Shown in pieces: positions 29,243-39,225 of a stretch of 64,000 nucleotides of DNA. The stretch's first letter is position 1. Every line of letters begins with the position of its first letter. The notes beneath the pieces are model-generated. The model ran no database searches. It was not told the origin of the DNA and worked only from the letters and a program-made list of their open reading frames with translations. The stretch is taken from the IMG/VR virus record IMGVR_UViG_3300028920_000038, positions 1 to 64,000 of that record. The stretch is one strand, 5' to 3'. This DNA is from a virus. The position numbers and the translations under genes are program-made.

Positions 29243-30543
29243 TGGAGGAAACTATGGCTAAATTAACACCAATGGAAAGATTGATTCAAGCAAGAATGAG
29301 ATTACAAAAAGAAAAACCATTCTTTAGTTACTTGACAATGCACCTTAAATTAAGAGAAGATAAAACAGATGAATTGGCTTGTGGAAGTATGGGGGTATCA
29401 TCAGACGGTGAATGTATATTCTCTCCTGACTTTGTTACATCATTAAGTGATGAGGAATTAAAAGGGGTTCTATGTCATGAAGTAATGCACTGTGCATTAG
29501 AGCATCTTGTTAGAATTGATAATAGGAATCCTAGTATTTGGAATGCCTCTGTAGATATAGTAGTTAATAATATGTTAGTTAAAGACGGATTGCATTTACC
29601 TAAAGATGGATTAGTTCCATATCAAAATGAAATACAATTACTAGAGAAACATATTAAAAACATAAGTGAGAAATCTGCAGAAGAAATTTACGATGAAGTT
29701 TATTCTGATATAAGAAAGAAACTTGATAAGGTTCAAAAGAAACTACAGGATTATATTAATGAACACAAAGATGAACTGCAGGGATTCGATGAGCATTTAG
29801 GAGAAGGTTCAGGAGATGACAAGGATTCTAAAAAGAAACAGAAACAAAATAAATTAGGTCAGGGTAATTCCTTAAAGGGTAAGCTTGGTAAAAAGGAATC
29901 AAAGAATTGGAAAAAGATTTTAGTAGATGCTGTTACCTTTGCTAAACAAAGAGGACAATTACCTGCAGGAATGGAAAGGCTTGTAGATAAAGTGCTTGAA
30001 ACTCATATCGATTGGAAAGCATTACTATACAAGTATATTACTAATCAAATACCTATTGACTATAACTGGACTAAACCTTCTAAACGTTCATTCTCTACTG
30101 GAGTATATATGCCAGGTGTTGAGAAAGAGAAGATAGATATAGTAGTATCAATTGATACTTCAGGTAGTATATCAGATGATGAGTTGAGTGAATTTTTATC
30201 AGAGGTAATTTCCATTATAAGGCGATTTAAAAATGTGGATTTAACTTTAATAAGTTGTGATAGTAAAATACATAATGTACAAACATATAAGAATGCAACC
30301 ATAGATGATGCTCTTGATTTTAAATTATCTGGAAGAGGAGGTACTTCTCATGTACCTGTTTACAGATGGATATTAGAAAATATGCCTCAAGCAAAATTAC
30401 TAATTAACTTCACAGATGGATACACAGAATTTCCAGATAGTAGAGATGTTAATGTAAAATCATTATGGGTTATATGTGGATACAGTAGAAATTTGGAAAT
30501 ACCATTCGGTGAAGTGATAGAACTACCAGCAAGAGGAGATTAA
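29242..30543 (+). CDS. Metallopeptidase-like (HExxH) + vWA domain protein (DUF2201-type), MoxR partner
   Basis: HEVMH; MIDAS DTSGS, GRGGT, FTDG. Confidence 0.9.
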   Translation: MEETMAKLTPMERLIQARMRLQKEKPFFSYLTMHLKLREDKTDELACGSMGVSSDGECIFSPDFVTSLSDEELKGVLCHEVMHCALEHLVRIDNRNPSIWNASVDIVVNNMLVKDGLHLPKDGLVPYQNEIQLLEKHIKNISEKSAEEIYDEVYSDIRKKLDKVQKKLQDYINEHKDELQGFDEHLGEGSGDDKDSKKKQKQNKLGQGNSLKGKLGKKESKNWKKILVDAVTFAKQRGQLPAGMERLVDKVLETHIDWKALLYKYITNQIPIDYNWTKPSKRSFSTGVYMPGVEKEKIDIVVSIDTSGSISDDELSEFLSEVISIIRRFKNVDLTLISCDSKIHNVQTYKNATIDDALDFKLSGRGGTSHVPVYRWILENMPQAKLLINFTDGYTEFPDSRDVNVKSLWVICGYSRNLEIPFGEVIELPARGD

Positions 30544-31461
30544 ATGAAAGATGAAATAAATGAAAGGTTAGAAGAATTAACTGCAGAACAAGCAGAATTA
30601 CAGGAAGAAATCAAAGCGATAGCTAAAGAGAAAAAAATAGAAATAAAAAATATATTAAGAAAAAAATGCGATTATAAAAAATCAGAGAGGATAAAGAAGT
30701 TAGCTGAAATATATTTTGGTTATAAAAAGGATGAGAGAAAAGAAGATTTTATGTCTCTTGATTCTAGATTATTTCATTTGTATAGTAAGACATTTGATAG
30801 AATAACCAGTAAGAGAATAGTAACAAAGTATACTTTAGAATCAGCTTCTAGATATAGCAGAAATCAAACTATCACCAGAAAAATAGTTTTAAATAAAAAA
30901 GGAATTGGATATCTACAAGAGGGATACTATTGGGGTGATGAGAATAGAACTCATTATTTAGAATCAGCTTCAATGCTTATGACAATAATTAATACATTTC
31001 CTAAATTGCATCTGAAATTAAATAATCCTGTTAAAAGAGAGTTAATGAAAAAGTTTATGAAGATTGCAAAAGGTTATGTAGCAACTGCAGATTTCGAAAT
31101 TATAGAAGAAAGTTCTTCTGTAAATATTACATCGTATATTCCAGAAAGCTCTTACGATTTACCTAGTTCATTCGGTGTATCTAGGGTAGATTCAAAAACA
31201 TTTGATTTAGTTGAATTAACAGATACATATGGAAGATTAACTTTTAGATTTAAAAGTGTTAATGGATACGGTTCTCATGATGTAGACCTTATGGAAATTA
31301 AACCAGAGGATGAACATATTCTAAATCAATTACCTAGTGATATTATAGAAGCACTGGAAGATTATGTTATAAAAAGAGGTAATTCCTATAAGAAAAATAA
31401 AGAGATACTTGAAAAATTAGAAGAGGAAATGAGACCTTATATAATGATTGGAGATTTATAG
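30544..31461 (+). CDS. Hypothetical protein (305 aa)
   Basis: N-terminal coiled coil; ends RPYIMIGDL*. Confidence 0.75.
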   Translation: MKDEINERLEELTAEQAELQEEIKAIAKEKKIEIKNILRKKCDYKKSERIKKLAEIYFGYKKDERKEDFMSLDSRLFHLYSKTFDRITSKRIVTKYTLESASRYSRNQTITRKIVLNKKGIGYLQEGYYWGDENRTHYLESASMLMTIINTFPKLHLKLNNPVKRELMKKFMKIAKGYVATADFEIIEESSSVNITSYIPESSYDLPSSFGVSRVDSKTFDLVELTDTYGRLTFRFKSVNGYGSHDVDLMEIKPEDEHILNQLPSDIIEALEDYVIKRGNSYKKNKEILEKLEEEMRPYIMIGDL

Positions 31462-31464
31462 ACT

Positions 31465-31911
31465 ATGAGAAAAAAGATAGGAAATGTATTAGTTAATGTT
31501 ATTAAGAATGGAATTAGATATAAACACTCTCATCCAATATGGGGTATATTAAGTTCGAGTGATAGATATTATACAACAGGTAGCAATCCTAAATATTTTT
31601 ATATAGATTTCAATATACCTAGTCATGAAATTAATTATATATTGTCTAGAGATTTAGCAAGTATACTAATTGAAAACATAACAGTTTGTGAAAGATACCG
31701 TAAACAATTTAAATCCCAACCTGCTTATTTTAAATATTCTATACCAACGCATTTTGATGAAGCAGAAGGGATATTAAATAAACTTAAAAAACTAACGATT
31801 GTTCTTGAAGAAGTTGATAGGAATAATAAGAAGATAGATTACACTGTTAAATTTGAATTTACAAAGGATATTAAATTTATGAAAGATGAATACATTATGG
31901 CGATGTTATGA
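31465..31911 (+). CDS. Hypothetical protein
   Basis: Ends MKDEYIMAML*. Confidence 0.7.
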   Translation: MRKKIGNVLVNVIKNGIRYKHSHPIWGILSSSDRYYTTGSNPKYFYIDFNIPSHEINYILSRDLASILIENITVCERYRKQFKSQPAYFKYSIPTHFDEAEGILNKLKKLTIVLEEVDRNNKKIDYTVKFEFTKDIKFMKDEYIMAML

Positions 31912-31947
31912 AGAAAAAGAAAGTGCCAAATGAAATTGTGATTATAT

Positions 31948-32244
31948 TTGTACAGGAGATGTAATATGTGCGAACCGTTAAGAGGAAAGAAGAAAGTTGT
32001 AGATACAAAACATTATCAACCTATACCAAGAGGGCAAACTATTGTTGATATATTCCTAAAGGAAGATGTCAAATCTGCTGTTGAGTTCTATAAGAAATAT
32101 AGAAACAATCCAGATGAATTATTTGAAGATTTCAACTTGATAGATAAAATGAAAGATTATGGAATACCAGAAGTATTAAGTCCAGAAGATATGGAAGATT
32201 ACAATGATTGGCTCTTTGATTATTGCTTTGGAGATGTGATATAA
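31948..32244 (+). CDS. Hypothetical protein (paralogous C-terminus to 57439-57888)
   Basis: EDVKSAVEFYKK...YNDWLFDYCFG resembles EDVLQEAAREW...VMRWIKHFFNL; start probably 31967. Confidence 0.55.
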   Translation: MYRRCNMCEPLRGKKKVVDTKHYQPIPRGQTIVDIFLKEDVKSAVEFYKKYRNNPDELFEDFNLIDKMKDYGIPEVLSPEDMEDYNDWLFDYCFGDVI

Positions 32245-32459
32245 TGGCACATTGTTATAGATGTGGAAGTTGGGTATTAGATGAAGGAGAGTTATGTAGT
32301 TCTTGTAAGAAAGATGAGAATAAGAAGTCTTACAAATGTCCAGAGTGTGGATATAAATTAGACTATGAAGGACAAAGCTGTCCAAAGTGTGAAGAAAGAT
32401 GGAATGAAAAAAGATATGGATACAGATGTGAAGCTGATGAAATGTATGATGAAACTTAA
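32244..32459 (+). CDS. Double Zn-ribbon micro-protein
   Basis: CYRC, CSSC, CPEC, CPKC. Confidence 0.65.
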   Translation: MAHCYRCGSWVLDEGELCSSCKKDENKKSYKCPECGYKLDYEGQSCPKCEERWNEKRYGYRCEADEMYDET

Positions 32460-32471
32460 GGGAATTATGTA

Positions 32472-32873
32472 ATGCAAACCTTTTTACCATATGCTGACTT
32501 TATAAAATCAGCAAAGTGTTTAGACTATAGAAGACTAGGTAAGCAGAGAGTTGAGGCTAAACAAATTATAGAATGTTTAGAAGGCAAAAGTAATTTAGGT
32601 TGGAGACATCATCCTGCTGTTAAAATGTGGAAAGGATATTTACCTGCTCTTAAATTTTATTACAATGTAATATTATCAGAATGGACATCTAGAGGTTATG
32701 TAAATAATATGCCTCCAATGATTATGGATGATGAGGATATAAAGTTTCCACCTTGGTTTGGAAGAAAAGATTTTCACGATGCACATAAATCTAAACTTCT
32801 ACAAAAAGATTATGAGTATTATAAAAAATTTAATTGGGTTGTACCTTTAGATTTAAAATACAAATGGAGTTAA
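32472..32873 (+). CDS. Pyrimidine-dimer DNA glycosylase-like protein (DenV/MSMEG_6728 family)
   Basis: MQTFLP...LD..RLGKQRVEA.QI...HHPAVKMW...H.S.LL.KD. Confidence 0.85.
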   Translation: MQTFLPYADFIKSAKCLDYRRLGKQRVEAKQIIECLEGKSNLGWRHHPAVKMWKGYLPALKFYYNVILSEWTSRGYVNNMPPMIMDDEDIKFPPWFGRKDFHDAHKSKLLQKDYEYYKKFNWVVPLDLKYKWS

Positions 32874-32874
32874 T

Positions 32875-33495
32875 ATGAAAATATATTTCAGTGCTGACTA
32901 TCATTTAGACCACGCTAATATTATTAGATATGCAAATAGACCATTTGTAAAATATGACGATTTGGATGCAGAGTTGGAATGGAAGTCAGATGATATAAAA
33001 TACCAAAGATGTAGAGAGATGAATCAAACTATTATAAAGAATCATAACTCGATTGTGAAGGAAGGGGATGTTCTATATCATATAGGAGATTTCAGTTTCA
33101 ACTATACAGGTAAGGCTCCTTATTGGGAACAGTTTCTTAATGGGCGAATAGTTCACATATTAGGAAACCACGATAAGAATAATGGAGTCAAGTCTTATAT
33201 TACACACGCCATTATGAAGTTTGGTGGATTGACATTCTATGTATCACATAAACCACCAGAACAAAGACAAGTCGACACACTAGAAAGTCATATAGTAGCA
33301 TCATGTGATTATATCTTATGTGGGCATATTCATGATTTGTGGAAAACCAAATGGATTGAAGTATGGAATATGGGAATTAAAGAAACAAGACTAGCTATAA
33401 ATGTTGGTCTAGATGTTTGGGATTACAAACCAATTTCAATACATTCAATACTTAAGTTAATAGGTAAAGAGAAATGGAGAAAACAAAATGAGTGA
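32875..33495 (+). CDS. Calcineurin-like metallophosphoesterase
   Basis: DYH, GDF, GNHD, H, GHIH, INVGLD motifs. Confidence 0.9.
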   Translation: MKIYFSADYHLDHANIIRYANRPFVKYDDLDAELEWKSDDIKYQRCREMNQTIIKNHNSIVKEGDVLYHIGDFSFNYTGKAPYWEQFLNGRIVHILGNHDKNNGVKSYITHAIMKFGGLTFYVSHKPPEQRQVDTLESHIVASCDYILCGHIHDLWKTKWIEVWNMGIKETRLAINVGLDVWDYKPISIHSILKLIGKEKWRKQNE

Positions 33496-34171
33496 AAATA
33501 AATGTAAAATGTGTTTCGGATATGGATACTGGGCTTGGGGTAGAGTAGCTCCAATGGGGAGTATAGATGCAAAGGATGGATTTCCTACACTACCTTGTCC
33601 AGAATGTGGAGCTAATCCAAATCCTATACGTGGAGATCATGGAGAGATAATAAAGAATAGAGCAGAATTAGCTCTGAAATATAAAGACGATTAGGACAAG
33701 AGATAAAAAATGATTTATAAATGTGAATGTGGATTTAAAACAGATTCTTTAATGTTGATGATAATACATCAAATTATAGGATATGATGAAACTTAATTTA
33801 AATAGAGGTGAATAATATGATATTAGGATATATACAAGTAGTTAAATGTAAAAATTGTGGAAGTGCTTATCCAAAGAAAGCAGATAAATATCACTATGAA
33901 ATATACATAAAGAAGAGAGGTAATGAGCATCGGTGTGAAACTTGTGGAGCTATAACACATCCTGATGAAAAGGAATTTAATTACTGGTTTTGTAGTCGAG
34001 AATGTCTAATGGAATTTCTAGAGAAACATAAAGATGAAAAATTTAAATATGACTGGGAGAAATAGAAATGAATTATAAAGAGCTGATATTAAGAGCAATA
34101 GCTATAATAGGATTAGCACTCTTATTTTATACTATATTCTATTATACAACAGTGTCAATATAGGTAATAAT

Positions 34172-34459
34172 ATGGATAGACATATTGTAAATAATATATG
34201 CAGGATCTTAAGAAAACAATTCGATTCTTTAAATATTCTTAATAAAGGATACTACATAAAAGGATTCAATAAATACGGTTTGTCATTTGTAATTCATGGT
34301 TATGGATTAAAGTCAGAACCATTTGAAGTGAAGATAATTAAATATGCTCATCATAATTCTGATTACTTTGAATATAATAAACAGTTCTATGATTACAAAG
34401 AGTTTGAGGATTATATTAAAAATCAACTTAAAACAGATTTAATAATGTTAGACCTATAG
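34172..34459 (+). CDS. Small protein with shared C-terminal motif
   Basis: Ends LKTDLIMLDL*. Confidence 0.6.
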   Translation: MDRHIVNNICRILRKQFDSLNILNKGYYIKGFNKYGLSFVIHGYGLKSEPFEVKIIKYAHHNSDYFEYNKQFYDYKEFEDYIKNQLKTDLIMLDL

Positions 34460-34467
34460 GAAATGTT

Positions 34468-34734
34468 ATGAAAAAATATCTAGAGAAATATAAGAAATTT
34501 ATAGGAAAAACTTGTATATATTATCCAAAGTATTTTGATGGTCCATTTATAATTAAATTTACAAGATTAGATAAAGTTGAGGATGAGTGTTATATTCACT
34601 TTATAATTATGAAAGGAGATTATATGTATGTTAATAAAAATGATAAATATAATTGGAGAGTAGATAGATTAGAAGATGGCTCCAAGAAATTTAGAGTTTT
34701 AAAGAAAGATGAAATTATGATGGAAATGTTATGA
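34468..34734 (+). CDS. Small protein with shared C-terminal motif
   Basis: Ends KKDEIMMEML*. Confidence 0.65.
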   Translation: MKKYLEKYKKFIGKTCIYYPKYFDGPFIIKFTRLDKVEDECYIHFIIMKGDYMYVNKNDKYNWRVDRLEDGSKKFRVLKKDEIMMEML

Positions 34735-34997
34735 GTAAAAAAGAAGTTAATTTAAAAAAGAGACAATATAAATATAAGATTGGCTCTATTATAAGATTTG
34801 GACCCGATTTAAGTTGGTATGATAGAATTAGAAATAAGATAGAAATAGGAGATTTAGGTATTGTCATAAGTGTAGATAATTATGGTCCTGTAAAAAATTG
34901 TAAAGTTAAGCATTTAAAATCAGGAAGTTTAGGATGGTTTAATAAAAACAATATGAGATTAGTATCAAAAGAAGAGGCTATTATGGAGTCATTATAA
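34731..34997 (+). CDS. Small SH3-like protein with shared C-terminal motif
   Basis: YKIGSII...IGDLGIV; ends SKEEAIMESL*. Confidence 0.65.
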   Translation: MSKKEVNLKKRQYKYKIGSIIRFGPDLSWYDRIRNKIEIGDLGIVISVDNYGPVKNCKVKHLKSGSLGWFNKNNMRLVSKEEAIMESL

Positions 34998-35191
34998 TGA
35001 GTGTGTTAGCAAAGTTAATTAGTATAGGATGTTTCTTGTCACCCTTTCTTATTGGATATGGAATTTATTTAATGTTAAATCCAGTGGGTTTTTGGCAAAT
35101 GACTTTATGGTTTATAATATGTTTAGTAGTATGTGTACCAGAAGGATTAATTTCTTGGACTATAGCAGTAGCATTATGGGATGAGATATAA
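34997..35191 (+). CDS. Small 2-TM membrane protein
   Basis: Two hydrophobic segments. Confidence 0.6.
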   Translation: MSVLAKLISIGCFLSPFLIGYGIYLMLNPVGFWQMTLWFIICLVVCVPEGLISWTIAVALWDEI

Positions 35192-36327
35192 TGGAATGTC
35201 CATTTGATTTAGAAAATAAAAACCAAGTAATTGAATTTGAAGAAGTTGATCCATATAATCCAGAGAATATACTAAAAGGATATGTCAATAGAAGACAAGG
35301 TCAATTGTATGGATCATTATGGATTACTCATGTTAATGGAATAGAATGTCCTCAATTAATTTACTCTGCTCCAAAACAACATTATCCATTTGATAAATCT
35401 TTTAAAGATGAAAAAGTTTACAAGTTTCCTGAATATGATTGGATAGAAATATATGAGAAGTTGGATGGAACTTGTATCATATCTTATGTATATAAAGATT
35501 CTAATGGAACTCCATTTCTTACTTTCAAAACAAGATTAAGACCATTCCTTGGTACAAGCCAATATGGTAACTTCTTTCAATTGTGGAATGAAATGATAGA
35601 TAAGTATGATACTATTATGAGTACTTGTTTCAATGAGATGTATAATTTTGTATTTGAATTGTATGGAAAGAGAAATAAAATCCTGATTGATTATGATATT
35701 CCACTTGATACTAAACTAATATTTATGATTGATACTAAACACGGTACTATAATACCGTCAAGTTGGTTTGGTGATGATGAAGGATTTCCAGTATTAATTG
35801 GATGGGAAGAGGATTTAACTAATGAAGAAAAGGATTATTTAGAATGGCAAAGTCGATTAGAAAATTCACTAGAGATAGATGAAGAAAATAAAATAATGAA
35901 AGGCAAAGAAGGATTAGTATGGTATTTTATTAAGAATGGAGGAGCAGTTCAAATAAAATGTAAACCTCCTTCTGTGCTAAAGTATCACTGGTCAGGTGAT
36001 GCTATTCCTTATGAATCTATTTATACTACAGTATACAACGCATTCGAGAATTTTGATAAGCCAACTTATGAGGATATAGTTGAGTTATTAAAAGAAGAAT
36101 TTGAAGAAGGAAAGATAGATAAATCAAGAGTAAGAATAGAAAAAACTTTAGGAAGATTATTGTTTGATAAAAAGTATCAACATAGATTAGCTAAAGATTA
36201 TAAAGAACAGGGGTTTGATATTAATAAAGATAAAGCAGAATGTATGAGATGGTTTGGAAAGAACTATCCTAAATCAGAAGCTAAAAGAATATATCGACTT
36301 CTTAAACAATACGAGGAAGCAGGATGA
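35191..36327 (+). CDS. ATP-dependent RNA ligase (Rnl1/Rnl2-like nucleotidyltransferase)
   Basis: Motifs EKLDGT (I), FELYG (III), EGLV (IV), KCK (V); no OB domain. Confidence 0.8.
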   Translation: MECPFDLENKNQVIEFEEVDPYNPENILKGYVNRRQGQLYGSLWITHVNGIECPQLIYSAPKQHYPFDKSFKDEKVYKFPEYDWIEIYEKLDGTCIISYVYKDSNGTPFLTFKTRLRPFLGTSQYGNFFQLWNEMIDKYDTIMSTCFNEMYNFVFELYGKRNKILIDYDIPLDTKLIFMIDTKHGTIIPSSWFGDDEGFPVLIGWEEDLTNEEKDYLEWQSRLENSLEIDEENKIMKGKEGLVWYFIKNGGAVQIKCKPPSVLKYHWSGDAIPYESIYTTVYNAFENFDKPTYEDIVELLKEEFEEGKIDKSRVRIEKTLGRLLFDKKYQHRLAKDYKEQGFDINKDKAECMRWFGKNYPKSEAKRIYRLLKQYEEAG

Positions 36328-36617
36328 AGAAAATAAGAACTGTAGTTCAAAAGAAAGTAGAATTAAATATATTAACATGTAGATCAGATTTCAAGAAAGG
36401 TATGTATGTTAAGTTTGTAAATGATGAGTACCCTGAATATGGCCAAGTAATTCTAATTGGGGATTCGGAATTTGTTGTAAAATGGGTTTTGAGACCAGGA
36501 GATTCATATAATTATTATAGAGAATTTACCGCGTATGAATTCAAAGAATTAGGAGAAGATGGTGGATATATAGTAATTAAAGCCAATAGAGATGATATTA
36601 TAATGGAGAAACTATGA
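36324..36617 (+). CDS. Small SH3-like protein with shared C-terminal motif
   Basis: FKKGMYV; ends NRDDIIMEKL*. Confidence 0.65.
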   Translation: MKKIRTVVQKKVELNILTCRSDFKKGMYVKFVNDEYPEYGQVILIGDSEFVVKWVLRPGDSYNYYREFTAYEFKELGEDGGYIVIKANRDDIIMEKL

Positions 36618-36901
36618 ACGAAGAAGAGAAGACGATTGTAGATCTCATTAAAAAGAAAGGAATAAAATACATTAAATTTTTAAGAGATTGTGCTTCAATG
36701 GCAGCAGAATTTAATAAAGGTGAAGTGGTTGAAATTGTAGAGATATTTAGTCATGAACCTTTACATGGAGATGATCCTTCAGAAGTTAGATTAAAAATTA
36801 AATCTATAGACGGAACTAGGGATGGAAATTTAAAAATAACTAGATTCAAAGATTATTATGATTTTCCGACTAAAGACGAAATAAGGTTAGAGATTTTATG
36901 A
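36614..36901 (+). CDS. Small SH3-like protein with shared C-terminal motif
   Basis: FNKGEVV; ends TKDEIRLEIL*. Confidence 0.65.
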   Translation: MNEEEKTIVDLIKKKGIKYIKFLRDCASMAAEFNKGEVVEIVEIFSHEPLHGDDPSEVRLKIKSIDGTRDGNLKITRFKDYYDFPTKDEIRLEIL

Positions 36902-37110
36902 AATTTAAAATTGGAGATTACGTTAGAATATCAAATGAATTAGGAGGAGTTATAACTTCAACTCATAGAGATAGAGTGGGTAAGATTATATTCTTATCCG
37001 AATCTCCAGTTCCATATTATAAGGTAAGATTTTATGATGAAGATTGGGTATTTTTTGAAGGGGAACTTTTAAAGTCAAATAAAGATGAATATTTAATGGA
37101 GGTGTTATAA
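36898..37110 (+). CDS. Small SH3-like protein with shared C-terminal motif
   Basis: MKFKIGDYV; ends NKDEYLMEVL*. Confidence 0.65.
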   Translation: MKFKIGDYVRISNELGGVITSTHRDRVGKIIFLSESPVPYYKVRFYDEDWVFFEGELLKSNKDEYLMEVL

Positions 37111-37721
37111 TGGAAATATATATCAGTCCAGGCAATAGACGAATGGACATACCGACATTCAGCTTACCAGCAGTTAAGACATGTCCAGGATCCACAGAAT
37201 TATGTAAGAAGAATTGCTATGCACTTAAAGCTGAAAAGGTTTGGAAAGGTCCTAAACAATCAAGGAATAGAAACTACGATATAAGTATGACAAAAGAATT
37301 TGTGGATAAGATGATTCATAAAATATCAAAAAGTAACAAAGAATATTTTAGAGTACACGAATCAGGAGATTTTTATTCACAGGAGTATTTAGATAAATGG
37401 ATAAAGATATTTGAAGAATTTAATATAGAGGATAAGAAAAAGAAGTTCTTAATATATACACAGAAATATGATTTAGATTATTCTAAACTTCCAAGTAATG
37501 TAATTCTCTATTGGACAATATGGCCTGATACAGATATAGATAAAGTACCAGAAGGTTTGAGAGCTTATGTTATTGATGACGGAACTGGTAAGATTCCAGA
37601 GAATACTTATATAATTAATGAGCCAAAGATCTGTAAGAAGGGTAAAGGTTCTAAATTAAAATGTGATGACTGTATGTATTGTTATGAAGGCAGAGGTGAT
37701 GTAGTATTTATCCTTCATTAA
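37110..37721 (+). CDS. Gp88-like (radical-SAM-related Fe-S) phage protein
   Basis: FSLPAVKTCPG....CKKNCYA, FRVHESGDFY, YT, C-terminal C..C..C. Confidence 0.75.
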   Translation: MEIYISPGNRRMDIPTFSLPAVKTCPGSTELCKKNCYALKAEKVWKGPKQSRNRNYDISMTKEFVDKMIHKISKSNKEYFRVHESGDFYSQEYLDKWIKIFEEFNIEDKKKKFLIYTQKYDLDYSKLPSNVILYWTIWPDTDIDKVPEGLRAYVIDDGTGKIPENTYIINEPKICKKGKGSKLKCDDCMYCYEGRGDVVFILH

Positions 37722-37954
37722 GATTTAGAATATTTAAATTAAAAGATGTCAGAATTAAAAAGATAACAAAATCTGGAGATGTATTTTATAGATTATATCT
37801 CAAAAGAAGATTTATACCTATCTGGTTATATGATAGTTCAGAAGTTAGATTAGAACATATTATTTCTAGTTACAAACGAAAGATGAAAGAGATACAGCAT
37901 CCTACGAAATCGGAATGGATTCCAAGAGAAGAGCTTTTGATTGATGAACTATAG
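37706..37954 (+). CDS. Unannotated 82-aa ORF, probable ATT start; shared C-terminal motif
   Basis: Open frame after a TGA; GAGGTGA at 37693-37699, 6 nt before ATT; ends PREELLIDEL*. Confidence 0.5.
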   Translation: MYPSLRFRIFKLKDVRIKKITKSGDVFYRLYLKRRFIPIWLYDSSEVRLEHIISSYKRKMKEIQHPTKSEWIPREELLIDEL

Positions 37955-37999
37955 AAAGATTTATATACTACATATACCACAAACTATATAAATGTTTCG
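37953..37999. promoter_or_regulatory. Tandem or bidirectional BRE/TATA promoter pair
   Basis: AGAAAGATTTATATA (+) and TATATAAATGTTTC (14-mer identical to the minus-strand promoter at 17161). Confidence 0.55.
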
Positions 38000-38031
38000 T
38001 ACCTAATAGAGTATAATGACAGGAGAGAAAC

Positions 38032-38541
38032 ATGAAAACTAAGTATTATCATTCTAAAACAATTAGAACCGATGGATATAAATCTCAACCAGAGTATGAT
38101 GAATTGATATCTGATTTAGATATATCAAGTCTACGGTTCTTGAAGCAGAAAAAACAGAAAGACATTAATGAATTTAGAAGTACACATGATTTGAATAATC
38201 CAGAATATGCTGAAAAATATAAAGTAATGCAACAGCAATTTGTAATGATAACTCAAGAAATAAAACACCGTCAAGTGTTTAATGAATCATCTAAAGAAGA
38301 AGAATGGTACGATCCAGAGACAGGCTTTATCATAGATGAACATGGGAATTATAAAGGAGCTGTATATTATGATGAGAATGAAGAATCTATGGTATATAGT
38401 AATTCAGAAGATAATGTAGAATCAGTTAGTTTTGAAGAAGAAGATGAAGATGAGTTTGATTATCAATATGCAGATAAGGATTTAAAAGATTCTAAAATGT
38501 CCTGGGAAGATTGGTGTAAAGAAAAAGGATTACAAAAATAA
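38032..38541 (+). CDS. Acidic hypothetical protein
   Basis: AGGAG SD; D/E-rich C-terminal half. Confidence 0.75.
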   Translation: MKTKYYHSKTIRTDGYKSQPEYDELISDLDISSLRFLKQKKQKDINEFRSTHDLNNPEYAEKYKVMQQQFVMITQEIKHRQVFNESSKEEEWYDPETGFIIDEHGNYKGAVYYDENEESMVYSNSEDNVESVSFEEEDEDEFDYQYADKDLKDSKMSWEDWCKEKGLQK

Positions 38542-39116
38542 TGAGAAAAACTACAGATGATGGAAGAATAATAATAACTAAAAGAGGAAAAGAAATATCC
38601 AAATCTTCTTATAGTAATTGGGATTTGTGGAAACTTTCTAAAGATTTAAATAAAGATGAATTGAGTATGTTAATTACTTTAAGAAAAAATTACCTAAAAC
38701 ATACAGAAGATCCAGAAATGATAAGAGGTTATAGAAGGGATATTCTTATATTAGAAGATGCATATAAAATAAAGAGCAGGGAAGAAATAGGAATATACAG
38801 TAAATCAGATTATTCAGAATCCTATTGGCATGAAGATTTAGATGAGTTATCTTCTCTAGCTGTTTGTATGATTAATAAATTAGGTTACACACAAAATACT
38901 TTATATAAAGAGAATGCTTTAAATATTAGCAGGCGAATAGAATTAGAGGGAGATAAAGAATTAATAGCAGCCTGTATAGTAAAGAATATATTAGATTATT
39001 ACGAATCAAAATTTGATATAAATTACATATTAAAATTGTATAGTATCAACGAACCAGATTTTTATAAGACCTATATTGAGTGTAATCGTTGGTGTTCAAA
39101 GCACTACTGGAGTTAG
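38541..39116 (+). CDS. Hypothetical protein, C-terminal half resembles a TFB cyclin repeat
   Basis: INKLGY...ALNI...GDKELIAACIV...KFDINYILKLYSINEPDFYKTY resembles the TFB IAAA.LY...TQ.EIA....VTE.TI...Y pattern (by eye only). Confidence 0.35.
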   Translation: MRKTTDDGRIIITKRGKEISKSSYSNWDLWKLSKDLNKDELSMLITLRKNYLKHTEDPEMIRGYRRDILILEDAYKIKSREEIGIYSKSDYSESYWHEDLDELSSLAVCMINKLGYTQNTLYKENALNISRRIELEGDKELIAACIVKNILDYYESKFDINYILKLYSINEPDFYKTYIECNRWCSKHYWS

Positions 39117-39225
39117 ATTTTTTTAGTACATAAAAAATTATTGTAGAGTGTGCTATGCAAATTGATTAGATTTAATACGTAAAATATGTAAAAAAAAAAA
39201 GAAAACAAAAAAAGGAGAAAAAATA

